Source: Acidobacteriota bacterium
Lineage (GTDB): Bacteria > Acidobacteriota > JAAYUB01
DNA: 64,000 nucleotides
Assembly (NCBI GenBank): GCA_016935015.1
Contig: JAFGRT010000004.1
Location: 1,985-65,984 of the forward strand
Direction of reading: 5' to 3'
Made by a program: the position numbers and the translations under genes
Shown here: positions 1-9,422 of the stretch, piece by piece
Numbering within the stretch: position 1 is the stretch's first letter
Layout: each line of letters opens with the position of its first letter
The notes under the pieces: generated by a model
What the model was told of the DNA's origin: nothing
The model's input: the letters and a program-made list of their open reading frames with translations, nothing else
The model's database searches: none

Positions 1-1
1 G

Positions 2-1468
2 GAGACGGAACAGGGCAATCCCGCCCTCTTCCGGACATACGACCAGGCCATTCATCCCGGCTTTCTGACCGATGTGTTCACCAACCGCACTTTCTACGAC
101 CAGCGCAACGGCGAATTGCCGGTCCACCGGCTGGGCCAGGGGAGCAAGGTGTCCCACACCGGCAAGGCCCACTACAATTTCAACGATCGCTCCAGCGTGG
201 CCGGCGCCATCATCTACTCTGTAGCCGACAGCGACTACACCGGCCTGGAGATGACGTCCAAGTACTACAGCGGCCGGTTCACCACCATGTTCCAGCGCAA
301 CATCGTGTTCAATGCCCGTATCCGCTACACCGACCTTGAAAATGACGTCACCTTTGTCGATCTGCCCCAGCGGCCGGCCGTCGCCGGACCCCAGGCCGGC
401 GTCACCTATTCCCAGGCCTACCCCGACTTCGGTGACACCTCGTTCACCCGCTTCTCCACCCTCGACCGCAACAACACCGATCTCGAGCTCGACCTGAAAT
501 TTCCGTGGCAGCGGCACCGGTTCACGTTCCAGTACGCCTTCCGCAACATCGACCGCGAATACTACGGCAACGACGCCACCAAGAAGCACCAGTTCACGGC
601 CGCCTTCCGCAGCGACCCGCGCCGGTCCTTCGCCGGCCATATTATCTACAAGGCCGAGTTCGCCGAGAACCCGTTCGTCAATTTCCAGGCGGCCATCGCC
701 CCGGCCCTGCAACCCGTCCCCGCTGTACCCGGGTCGCCGTTCCCCAACCTCCAGTACTTTGAGATCTACGAGGCGCGGCAGGCCAACCTGTCCAACCAGC
801 CGACGGACATCCACAACATCGACCTGGCCGGCTCCTGGAAACCCCGCAACAATGTGGGACTCAATTTCAGTTACAACTACCGCGACTCCAAGAACGATGA
901 TCTCAACTACTCTGACTGGAGCCAGAGCATTCATCACGTCAACGCCAATCTCTGGTATGTGCCGGAAGAGCATGTCTCCCTGACCGCCGGATTCAATTAC
1001 AGCAAATACAAATCGGAGACGCTATTCACACAACCCGTCTGGAATGGCTGAGGGGCCGGAATTACCGCGGGCCAGTTTGGCGCGCTTTATGACCCCATGG
1101 ACAGTGAGGGCGAATTTTTCACCGCTTTTGCCAACATTTATTTCATGCCGGTCGAGAATCTGACCATCTTCGCCGAATTCTGGGCCAACAACGCCACCCA
1201 GGATATGGGCAATATCTCCATCGACCTCAACCAGGTGGTGGGTACACCCTCTGGCTTCGACTACGTCATGTTGGAGGAACTCGGCAAGCTGTCGGAACTC
1301 GATGTCATGCAGATCCGCGGCCGCTACGGGATGGAGTATGCCTTCAAGAGTGGCCTGTTTATCAAGGGCTATTTCGAGCACATCCACTACGATGACAACC
1401 AGCCGTACCTGTTCGACGCCACCGGCGACCTTTACCGCGTAGCGGCTTTCGCCGGCTACCGCTTCTAG
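2..1468 (+). CDS. Outer-membrane beta-barrel protein, 5' end cut by window edge. One reading frame is open from nt 2 to 1468 apart from a single in-frame TGA at 1049-1051 (possible pseudogene, sequencing error or readthrough)
   Basis: ORFs 74..1051 and 1097..1468 share a frame, and the frame is open back to nt 2. The protein is Tyr/Phe/Asn/Asp-rich with alternating hydrophobic and polar residues typical of beta-strands. It ends in Y-R-F, the C-terminal aromatic signature of OMP barrels. Both halves have high GC3. Confidence 0.5.
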
Positions 1469-1499
1469 CCGCGCTGCCCGTCGCGGCATTCATACCAAA

Positions 1500-1526
1500 G
1501 GCCGTCCCGCCGGGACGGCCTTTTTT
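1500..1526 (+). terminator. Rho-independent terminator after the OMP gene
   Basis: GGCCGTCCCG/CGGGACGGCC hairpin followed by TTTTTT. Confidence 0.7.
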
Positions 1527-1586
1527 ATTGACCGAATCCCGGCAAAATTCCTTGGCGGCGGCAGTGGTGGCGGGTACAATTCTGCC

Positions 1587-2504
1587 ATGCAAAGCTTTCT
1601 CTTCCGCCAAAGGATCTGTCTCATTCCCGTCGGGTGCATGGTCCTGGCCCTGCTGCTCGCCGGCTGCGGACCGCCGCCCGTTCATGTGATGACCCGGCAG
1701 TACATGGCCACTTTCTTTACGATCACCATCGCCCATGATGAGGTGGATCCCGGGGTGTTCGAGGCCGCCTTCGCACGCATCGCGCGGGTAGAGGAACTGA
1801 TGTCCGTTTACCGGCCCGACAGCCAGGTGGCGGCCATCAACCGCCAGGCGGGCATCGCACCCGTTACCGTGGATTCAGAGGTGCTGGATGTCATCATCCT
1901 GGCTGCGGAGATTTCACGCCGTAGCAACGGCCGGTTCGACATCACCTACGCCTCCGTCCACGACGGTTGCAGTTACCGTGATATCCGGCTTGATGAACAT
2001 TTGTCCACCGTTTTTCTGCCTTACACCGGTATGAGAATTGATCTCGGTGCCATCGCCAAAGGCTATGCCGTGGATCTGGCCGGCCGATATCTGCAGCAGC
2101 GGGGCATCACCCGCTTTATTGTCAACGGCGGCGGTGATATGCTGGTGATGGGCGACCGCTACGGCACGCCCTGGAGTGTCGGTATCCAGGATCCCACCGA
2201 ACGGGGGAAGCTACTGCACACCCTCGCCGTCCGGCGGCCGCTGGCCATCGCCACCTCTGGCGACTACGAGCAACCGGACCATATTCGCAATCCCCTCACC
2301 CGACAACCGGCCCATGGCCTCCGCGCCGTGACGGTAATCGCGCCCACCGCCGCCGAGGCCGACGGTTATGCCACTGCCATCTTCGTATTGGGTTCGGAGC
2401 AGGGCCTGGCCTTGGCCAGGGAACATCCCACCCTTGAAGTGCTGCTTATGGGCGAGGGAAATGCGGAGATCACTTCCGAGAAATTCTGGGAATATTTCCG
2501 GTAA
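1587..2504 (+). CDS. apbE: FAD:protein FMN transferase (ApbE family), lipoprotein
   Basis: Signal peptide plus lipobox (LLLAGCG). ApbE motifs DLGAIAKGYAVD, NGGGD, ATSGDYE and ADGYATA are present. Confidence 0.8.
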   Translation: MQSFLFRQRICLIPVGCMVLALLLAGCGPPPVHVMTRQYMATFFTITIAHDEVDPGVFEAAFARIARVEELMSVYRPDSQVAAINRQAGIAPVTVDSEVLDVIILAAEISRRSNGRFDITYASVHDGCSYRDIRLDEHLSTVFLPYTGMRIDLGAIAKGYAVDLAGRYLQQRGITRFIVNGGGDMLVMGDRYGTPWSVGIQDPTERGKLLHTLAVRRPLAIATSGDYEQPDHIRNPLTRQPAHGLRAVTVIAPTAAEADGYATAIFVLGSEQGLALAREHPTLEVLLMGEGNAEITSEKFWEYFR

Positions 2505-2542
2505 ATGCAGAGGGGCGGCGATGAACACGCCGCCGGGACGAT

Positions 2543-3187
2543 TTATTGCGCGGTTTCATCCGCCGGGGGCTGCTGCATCATGCGCTCGATCACTTCGAGT
2601 CGCTGGCGAACCATATTGAGATCGATTTCGTCGGTTCCGGTATCGAGAAGCCTTGACCAGTATTTTTGGGCGCCGGCCAAATCATTCTTGTCGTGCAGCA
2701 TAATCACGCCCAGGTTGTACAGGGCCTGCGCCTGATTGGGATCCTTCTCGAGAACTTTCTCCAGGCCGTCGATGGCCCGATCGATTTGCTGGACGTACTT
2801 GTAAGAGGTGGCCAGGTCCACCTGGACAAATAGGTTGTCCGGATTCTGCTGGAGTGCCATTTCGTAATACTGTATCGCTTCCTTGTATTTTTTGGTGTCG
2901 TAATACAGATTGCCCAGGGCGATCATGGCGTCCCCATTTTCGGGATCCTGGGCCAGGGCCTCCTTATAGGTCTCGATCTGCAGATCCATCACCTGCTGCT
3001 TTTGCTGCTGCTCCTGCTGCTGCTGGCGCATCTGGTCGACATCCATACCCGGCATCCCCCCCATCCCCTGCGGCATGGTCATGGGCTGCTGATGACCCAC
3101 CGTATGCTGCTGCAGGCCGACGAGATACCCGGCCACGAAACCGACCACTACACCCGCCATGAGAAGTAAAACCGCCGTTCTATTCAT
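2543..3187 (-). CDS. Membrane-anchored TPR-repeat protein with a Gln/Met-rich linker (CcmI/NrfG-like architecture)
   Basis: N-terminal TM helix, a poly-Q/M low-complexity linker, then about 4 TPR repeats (ALGNLYY..., AIQYYEMAL..., ALYNLGV...). It lies downstream of the cytochrome genes on the same strand. Confidence 0.7.
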   Translation of the reverse strand: MNRTAVLLLMAGVVVGFVAGYLVGLQQHTVGHQQPMTMPQGMGGMPGMDVDQMRQQQQEQQQKQQVMDLQIETYKEALAQDPENGDAMIALGNLYYDTKKYKEAIQYYEMALQQNPDNLFVQVDLATSYKYVQQIDRAIDGLEKVLEKDPNQAQALYNLGVIMLHDKNDLAGAQKYWSRLLDTGTDEIDLNMVRQRLEVIERMMQQPPADETAQ

Positions 3188-3297
3188 GATTTCACCTGTA
3201 GAAATGGAATCACATCAGATGGAAGGGATGGGAGACCCTGCGGTCCGATGCCCCTAATTGGATGAAACCACAATCGTCCGGATTCAAGAAGTCCAGC

Positions 3298-3335
3298 AAA
3301 AAAAAGGCTTTCCTCGCCCGGAGACGAAGAAAGCC
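3298..3335 (-). terminator. Putative intrinsic terminator between the bd-like operon and the TPR gene
   Basis: On the minus strand, GGCTTTC/GAAAGCC stem (about 16-nt loop) followed by a T8 run. Confidence 0.45.
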
Positions 3336-3369
3336 ACGAAAGAATCATATCCTGTATTTCCGTAATCCC

Positions 3370-4422
3370 TTACACCGCTTCCGCTGCCTTGCGCACCAGC
3401 CAGACAACCGTGGCCAGCCCGGCGACCAGGACCACGAAAAAAACGATCATGGGCGAATACTGGGGGACTTCCTTCAGCATGTCCAGGGAATACACCTCCT
3501 GCAGGTAGCCGGATCGGACGAAGGCGCGCATGAAGGTCATGACGTACACCAACGCGACGACGTGCACCGCCGCCAGGTAAACCTTCTTGCGGGCAGCGGT
3601 CCACAGCACGCCAATGGCCAGCATGAACCCCGCCAGCAACAGGATAGTGGCCAACATGTTGTCACCCATAAACATGGTCATCACCGGCTTGTCCAGAGAC
3701 AACAGAAACCAGAAGCCGATGGCGATCTGGATAAAAGTCAGACCGGTGAAGACGTTCATGCCCACGCCGATGGCCAACTCCGCCAGCTCGGGATCCCGCT
3801 TTTCCCTGAACTTGCCGAACAGGGCGACAACCAATCCGCCCACGGCCGTACCGCCGACGATGAAATGCAGGTAGCGCGGCCAGAGAGTAACGTCGGCCAG
3901 GCTGAGAATGGTACCACTGGAGTTCTGGAAATACCGGCTCCATTCCTCGGGGCGCAGCATCAGGGTCATGTTGTTGGAAAAGAGGAAGGCGATGCCCAGG
4001 AAAATAAGGACGGCCAGGCCGATGATCCATTTTCCGGCTTGACCCAGCGCCGCGAACTTGAAATCGAAGAGGTACGTGCAGTAATAGGCCACGATGAGCA
4101 ACAGGATGATGCTCAGCCAGAAAACACCCATGAGAATGGAACTGGTGTAGATGAATTGGCCGTACAGCACCTGGACGAACAGGAGAGGGGCCACGCCGAA
4201 ATTGATGGTGAAGGCAACGATGAGCGGCAACACCTTGGCCAGCTCCTCGGAGAGCCGGGTCCATGATTCACCGGTCCGGAAACGGGCGTACAGGGCAATG
4301 ATCGCCGATCCCAGCATGGCGTTCATCAGAATGATGTGCAGGGGAAAGGTCAGAAGCAACAGAAACTGGAAAAAACCCCAGGCAACAGGAATGGTGTCCG
4401 GAGTGGGTATCAGTTCGCTCAT
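3370..4422 (-). CDS. Polytopic membrane protein, probable subunit II (CydB-like or CydA'-like partner) of a cytochrome bd-like complex
   Basis: About 9 predicted TM helices. Its ATG overlaps the stop of the upstream gene (ATGA), which implies translational coupling. Confidence 0.6.
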   Translation of the reverse strand: MSELIPTPDTIPVAWGFFQFLLLLTFPLHIILMNAMLGSAIIALYARFRTGESWTRLSEELAKVLPLIVAFTINFGVAPLLFVQVLYGQFIYTSSILMGVFWLSIILLLIVAYYCTYLFDFKFAALGQAGKWIIGLAVLIFLGIAFLFSNNMTLMLRPEEWSRYFQNSSGTILSLADVTLWPRYLHFIVGGTAVGGLVVALFGKFREKRDPELAELAIGVGMNVFTGLTFIQIAIGFWFLLSLDKPVMTMFMGDNMLATILLLAGFMLAIGVLWTAARKKVYLAAVHVVALVYVMTFMRAFVRSGYLQEVYSLDMLKEVPQYSPMIVFFVVLVAGLATVVWLVRKAAEAV

Positions 4423-6170
4423 TGATCACCTGCCTTGGACGCCGCTGCCAGGTAATCGGCCAACGCGTCCTTCTCCGACGTTGAGCCGTCGTAATCCGCC
4501 ATCATTTCGTTGATGGCACTCAAATTGTCCAGTGACTGCCGGATTTTCACCCGGTCCCAGCCGCTCATGCCGGGCTGGATCTCAGCCAGGCCATGACACA
4601 TACTACAATTTTCCTCAAAGAGCACAGCGCCATCCGGCGGGACGCGACCACCCGTAAGCAGAAACTGCGTCAGGGCCTCCTTCTCGGCTGCTGTCCCTGT
4701 GAAATCCTCCATCATCTCATTCAATTGACTCAGGTGATCCAACGCCTCACGGATACGGTCGGCATCCCAGCCGGCCAGGGATGGGGCGATGGCATCATAC
4801 CCATGACAGGCCGAGCAGTTCTCTTCGAAGATCCGTGCTCCCTGGTCCGCCATCGATTCCCCTTCCGGTGAGGCCATCACCATTTCCTTGCCGTGCAGGC
4901 CGCCCACCAGGTAGGCGGCCAATGCCTCCGCCTCGGCATCCGTACCGGCGAAGGGCGGCATGAAGTAGCGCTTTTCATGGATGGTCTTGATATAGCTGAC
5001 CATGGCCCGATAGCTCATGGACTCCGTCAAAGGCACGATATCGTTGTTCCAGCCGTTCACCGTGTGGCAAGCGTAGCACTGATGCCGGAAAATATCGGCC
5101 CCTGCTTGCTGCAGGTTTTCCGGCGTCACTTCCTTGACCCTCGTCCATTTGGCGGACGCGAGAAAACCGTCGGCACCGGCTTTCTCCAGGTCGGCGGCCG
5201 TCAGGCCGTTGGAGTATATCACCTGGTTGACCACGAAGGGACGCCGGGCGGCCTCCCGAGTCCATTCGAAGGCCCCCAGAAAAATGAAGGCGGCCATCAT
5301 GACCACAAAGGCAACGGGTTTCACGTTGAGAGCGGGACGGATCAATGTCAGGATGAGGCTGAGGATGATGACGACGCCGATGGCGTACAGGCCGTAGTCC
5401 AGGGCCATCTGGATGGTGGGCGACTTGCCCGCCACCAGATCCCGGGCCGGCGCCGGCAGCGCAGTCAGATACCAGTAACCGAACGGAATCGAGGCCAGAA
5501 ACGATACGAGTACCCACCAGCCGGAAAAACGGGTCATGGTGTTTTTGAGTTCCCCGTCCCGGAGGAAGGAGCACGTCAAAAAAGCGTAGACGCCGGCCAA
5601 CATGGTGGCAACAAATGTACGGAAAAAGAGCGAAGGCCAAAAGGTGGGATTGAAAAAACCGATCCAGAAATTGCCGCTCTCCAGCCATGCGCCGGGGCTC
5701 AGCATAAAGGACAGTATACCGTTGATAATGAACAGACTGGCCCAGGCAGCACCGAAATACACCCAGCCCACCGCCTGATGGGTGCCGGACTTCATCTTGC
5801 CGAACGTATAGAAATAAACGAACGCAGCGACGATTTCCACCAGGAAAAAAACCCATTCAATGGCCCAGCCGAACACGAAATTGTGGATGAGGAGAGAGGT
5901 GCCGCCCGCACTGGCCAGTGCAATGATGAACCAGATCCCCACACCGGTCATGCTGCCGAAGACCAGCGTGATCAGGATAAAGAACTTGGCATGCTTTTTG
6001 GTGAAATCCAGGATGGCCGGGTTGTTGCGCCGCAGCCCGAGGCGTTCGGCAAAAATGAGGTATAGACCGCCGCCCACGGCAAAATGAGACACGAAAACAT
6101 GGGTGATGGCGATCAAGGCAATGAAAAACGCACCGCCGATGGTGGGCAGATACCATACGGGGTAATTCAT
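4419..6170 (-). CDS. Cytochrome bd-family subunit-I homologue fused to a C-terminal tri-haem c-type cytochrome domain
   Basis: Start taken at MNYPVWY because GGGAGG lies 7 nt upstream. The N-terminal roughly 370 aa (about 9 TM) has CydA-like landmarks: ITHVFVSHF (His19 region), GSMTGVGIWF, AIEWVFFLVE (Glu99/Glu107 pair), GTHQAVGW and FEWTREAARRPF (E/R motif). There is no long Q-loop. The C-terminal roughly 210 aa carries three CxxCH motifs (CYACH, CSACH, CSMCH). Confidence 0.7.
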   Translation of the reverse strand: MNYPVWYLPTIGGAFFIALIAITHVFVSHFAVGGGLYLIFAERLGLRRNNPAILDFTKKHAKFFILITLVFGSMTGVGIWFIIALASAGGTSLLIHNFVFGWAIEWVFFLVEIVAAFVYFYTFGKMKSGTHQAVGWVYFGAAWASLFIINGILSFMLSPGAWLESGNFWIGFFNPTFWPSLFFRTFVATMLAGVYAFLTCSFLRDGELKNTMTRFSGWWVLVSFLASIPFGYWYLTALPAPARDLVAGKSPTIQMALDYGLYAIGVVIILSLILTLIRPALNVKPVAFVVMMAAFIFLGAFEWTREAARRPFVVNQVIYSNGLTAADLEKAGADGFLASAKWTRVKEVTPENLQQAGADIFRHQCYACHTVNGWNNDIVPLTESMSYRAMVSYIKTIHEKRYFMPPFAGTDAEAEALAAYLVGGLHGKEMVMASPEGESMADQGARIFEENCSACHGYDAIAPSLAGWDADRIREALDHLSQLNEMMEDFTGTAAEKEALTQFLLTGGRVPPDGAVLFEENCSMCHGLAEIQPGMSGWDRVKIRQSLDNLSAINEMMADYDGSTSEKDALADYLAAASKAGDQ

Positions 6171-6313
6171 TCGCACCTCCCGAATCAATATTCCAAAGAA
6201 ACCGCTCGCGGCCAAAACCCACGCGGGTGGTTCATTATATCAGAACAATTCTTCATTCGGAATAATTTTAAATTTACATGATTTTGGCCATACAAATTCA
6301 AGGAAGCCGGCTT

Positions 6314-6343
6314 ATTATACCGGTTCACGAAAACATCTTTCAA
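6314..6343 (-). promoter_or_regulatory. Sigma70-like promoter for the bd-like operon
   Basis: Minus strand reads TTGAAA, an 18-nt spacer, then TATAAT, about 135 nt upstream of the ATG. Confidence 0.45.
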
Positions 6344-6502
6344 GGGGGAACCCCTCACCCGCATTCCTGCCGGCCGTCCCCGAACCAGCCGGACTCCGGC
6401 GTACGTCGCTCCCGGCCATGGGATTGTCATTAAAGATTGATTCTGATTCGGTTTTCGTGCATCATTACCCGTTGGGCCGTTCGTCTGGAGGAATCGTCTC
6501 GC

Positions 6503-7345
6503 ATGCGCAAAACCATATTGTGGGTTCTGGCCTTTACCATCACCATCGGCCTGGCCATTTATCAGAAAAAAACCGGCCCGACCTGGCCCGTTGATGATAC
6601 GCTGGACACCGGTTCATTGCATGTGGCCTATTCACTGGAACGGAGCCACGGCGGAGAGGGCGATCAGGAAGTCACGCTCCACGTCGTGGACGGCCAGGAT
6701 CTCAGCGGCACCCTGTACTACAAAAGATACCGCACCGAAGAGGACTGGACGCCCGTTGCCATGCTGCGGGTCGATACCAACCTGACGGGTTTTTTGCCCC
6801 ATCAGCCGCCGGCTGGCAAGCTGGCCTACTTTATCGAAATCCAGCATCAGAGCCAGGTGCACCGTTTGCCCGAACAGGGCGAAGTGGTCACCCGCTTCAA
6901 GGGGGACGTCCCTATTTACTGGCTGCTCCCCCATATCGTCCTGATGTTTTCCGCCCTGATGCTGGCGGTACGCACCGGCCTAGGCATCATCTTCCGGGAG
7001 GACATCCGCAAGCTGGTCATCATCGCCTTCTGGTTGCTGCTGGTGGGCGGGATGATTCTCGGACCCATCGTCCAGAAATACGCGTTCGATGAATTCTGGA
7101 CCGGTGTGCCCTATGGCTTCGACCTGACGGATAATAAAACACTCATCGCCTTCGTTTTTTGGGGAATCGCTTTCCTCTTCACCATGCGCGAAGGGAAAAA
7201 GAAATGGAAAACCCTTTCGGTGATAGTGGCCGTAGTGGTGATGATGGCCGTGTATCTCATCCCCCATAGCACCTGGGGTTCGGAATATGATTATTCCCGG
7301 GGGACGGTCGTCACCGGTCAGCGTGCCGACTCCCCGGCGCCATAA
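6503..7345 (+). CDS. Hypothetical integral membrane protein
   Basis: GGAGG RBS. N-terminal TM helix, a soluble segment of about 130 aa, then about 4 C-terminal TM helices. Confidence 0.6.
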   Translation: MRKTILWVLAFTITIGLAIYQKKTGPTWPVDDTLDTGSLHVAYSLERSHGGEGDQEVTLHVVDGQDLSGTLYYKRYRTEEDWTPVAMLRVDTNLTGFLPHQPPAGKLAYFIEIQHQSQVHRLPEQGEVVTRFKGDVPIYWLLPHIVLMFSALMLAVRTGLGIIFREDIRKLVIIAFWLLLVGGMILGPIVQKYAFDEFWTGVPYGFDLTDNKTLIAFVFWGIAFLFTMREGKKKWKTLSVIVAVVVMMAVYLIPHSTWGSEYDYSRGTVVTGQRADSPAP

Positions 7346-7472
7346 TGACGGTTCGGCGGCCGGGATCACTTGTGTCCTTCCGTCGGCCGCCGGGCTGTGA
7401 AGTGCCGGATCCATTCGGATGGGCAGGGCGGATGTGCCCCGGTAAACGCTCGCATTTCGTGACGGAGAATCC

Positions 7473-8213
7473 ATGGCACCCAACGGTTGCCCCAAGTTGT
7501 CCATCGTAATCCCTGCCTACAACGAGCAGTTCCGCATCGGCGGCTCACTGAAAAAAATCAATGAATTTCTGCTGGACGCCTCTTTTCCGGCCGAAATTCT
7601 CGTGGTGGACGACGGTTCCGCGGACCTAACCCACCGTGTCTTGCAGCAGATCAAACCGGACATGGCCGTACCCTTGCGCATTATCCGTTTTCCGGAAAAC
7701 CGCGGCAAAGGCGCCGCCGTCCGGGAAGGGGTGCTGGCCGCCCAGGGCGAGTGCATCCTGTTTACGGATGCCGATCTCTCCACACCCATCGTTGAGCTGC
7801 TTACCCTGCTGACCCGCCTGGGTCAAGAAGAGGCCGACATCGTCATCGGTTCGCGGGGTCTGCCTGATTCCAACATCACTGTTCGGCAGAACCCCCTGCG
7901 CCAGTTGTCGGGGAAAATCTTCAACCGGCTCATCCGCCTGCTGACGCGCATGCCCTTCCGTGATACCCAGTGCGGCTTCAAGCTCTTCCGGCAGGAAGTC
8001 GCCCGGGAACTCTTTTCCGAATTGTCCTTCCCCGGTTTCGCTTTCGATGTGGAGATCCTTTTTCACGCCGGCCGGCGGGGCTACAAGGTTCTTGAAGTGC
8101 CCGTCACCTGGGCCAATTCCGAGGGGAGCCGTGTCCGCTTCTTTCGCGATTCCCTACGCATGTTCAGCAACCTGGTCCGTCTGCGCTGGTCCGCCCGCAA
8201 GCCACGGGATTAG
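7473..8213 (+). CDS. Family-2 glycosyltransferase (polyprenol-phosphate sugar transferase / DPM1-like)
   Basis: SIVIPAYNE, VVDDGSAD, TDADLS and QCGFKLF motifs. Confidence 0.85.
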   Translation: MAPNGCPKLSIVIPAYNEQFRIGGSLKKINEFLLDASFPAEILVVDDGSADLTHRVLQQIKPDMAVPLRIIRFPENRGKGAAVREGVLAAQGECILFTDADLSTPIVELLTLLTRLGQEEADIVIGSRGLPDSNITVRQNPLRQLSGKIFNRLIRLLTRMPFRDTQCGFKLFRQEVARELFSELSFPGFAFDVEILFHAGRRGYKVLEVPVTWANSEGSRVRFFRDSLRMFSNLVRLRWSARKPRD

Positions 8214-8330
8214 CCCGGTTCCCTATCCACGATTGAAGAGCTGCCCGGCGCGGCCAACCACCGCGCCGAAACCCGGCCACCCGCCGTTTTGAGGATTCTC
8301 CCCAGGCGGCAGATGTCCCCTAACCGCCCC

Positions 8331-8370
8331 AATAAAAAACGGGTGGGGTCCACCCCACCCGTTCTGTTTC
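8331..8370. terminator. Bidirectional intrinsic terminator between convergent genes
   Basis: Perfect 10-bp inverted repeat ACGGGTGGGG-tcca-CCCCACCCGT flanked by an A-run and a T-rich run. Confidence 0.7.
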
Positions 8371-8388
8371 CATACCGGACAGAATCGA

Positions 8389-9297
8389 TTATTCTGCCGA
8401 TTTTTTCCAAACCTGGATCACCGGTGATCCGCCCTTGACCTGTTCGGAATATAGTTCCGCCTCTTCGGGCGTGGCGTCCCGCACACAACGGAATCCCTGG
8501 GCGGTGATGGAGTTGCGGGGGAAAGCTGACCGGGCCGACAGGTACCAGACCTTCCCCTGGATACCGAACTGGGCGCCCTTGACGGCGATCAACTTCAGAC
8601 GGTAATTCGGATCATTGAACTTGCAGCCGGGATAGCGCTCGAACTCACTGGCCGTCCACTCATAGACATTGCCGAGCATGTCATTGACACCGTAAAAGGA
8701 AACATCACCCGCATATTCGCCGATGGTCATGGGATGCCCCTGGGTGGTTTCGGCCGTATTGGAAGCGCTGTCCTTCCATTCATCGCCCCATGGATACCGG
8801 CGTTGTACCTGGTTGACTTCATCCCAGGACGCGGCCTTTTCCCACTCCTCATTGGTGGGGATCCGCTTCCCCACCCACTCGGCATAAGCCTGGGCATCCT
8901 TCAGGGTCACATTGAAAACCGGGCGAACGGCATTATCGAAGGAATAATAATCCTTCCAGTTTCCCTGGGACTCGTAACCGGTGTCGGCCACGAATTCCAT
9001 GAACTCCTCAAAGGTGACCTCATAGCGATCCATCCAGTAGGCCTTCAGTTCCACTTCGTGCGGCGGTGAACTGAACTTGGTCACGGGATCGTCCGCCGAC
9101 CCACCGATGATGCATTTACCGGCCGGAATAAACACCATTTCATTGGGATTCGCCTCGACTTTTTTCTCCACCGGAGCCGGTTTGGTCTGCCGCTGAGCCG
9201 TCGACGTCTCCTGGGTTTCGCCGTTACAGCCCATTAATCCTATCAGCAGCAGCAGTGCGCTCAGCACTGCCAGGATAAACGCTATCTTTTGTTTCAT
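8389..9297 (-). CDS. Formylglycine-generating-enzyme family protein (SUMF1/EgtB/PvdO-like), lipoprotein
   Basis: GGAGG RBS before MKQKIAF. Lipobox LMGCNG. The FGE-sulfatase domain pattern is present (YWMDRYEVT, WTASEF, RSAFPRNS). Confidence 0.75.
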   Translation of the reverse strand: MKQKIAFILAVLSALLLLIGLMGCNGETQETSTAQRQTKPAPVEKKVEANPNEMVFIPAGKCIIGGSADDPVTKFSSPPHEVELKAYWMDRYEVTFEEFMEFVADTGYESQGNWKDYYSFDNAVRPVFNVTLKDAQAYAEWVGKRIPTNEEWEKAASWDEVNQVQRRYPWGDEWKDSASNTAETTQGHPMTIGEYAGDVSFYGVNDMLGNVYEWTASEFERYPGCKFNDPNYRLKLIAVKGAQFGIQGKVWYLSARSAFPRNSITAQGFRCVRDATPEEAELYSEQVKGGSPVIQVWKKSAE

Positions 9298-9422
9298 TAT
9301 TCCTCCACAAGATAAAAATAAGATATCTGCATTCAAAAGATTGATGAGCGTCGTGAAATAGCCGTGACTAACACATTATTATATTTTGTTCCTGCCAACT
9401 TCTCAACCGATTTAAGCTATTT

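Noticed and set aside
1049-1100. Selenocysteine recoding of the in-frame TGA in the OMP gene
   Set aside because: I see no SECIS-like stem-loop directly downstream of the TGA. A Sec residue in an exported beta-barrel is also biologically implausible.
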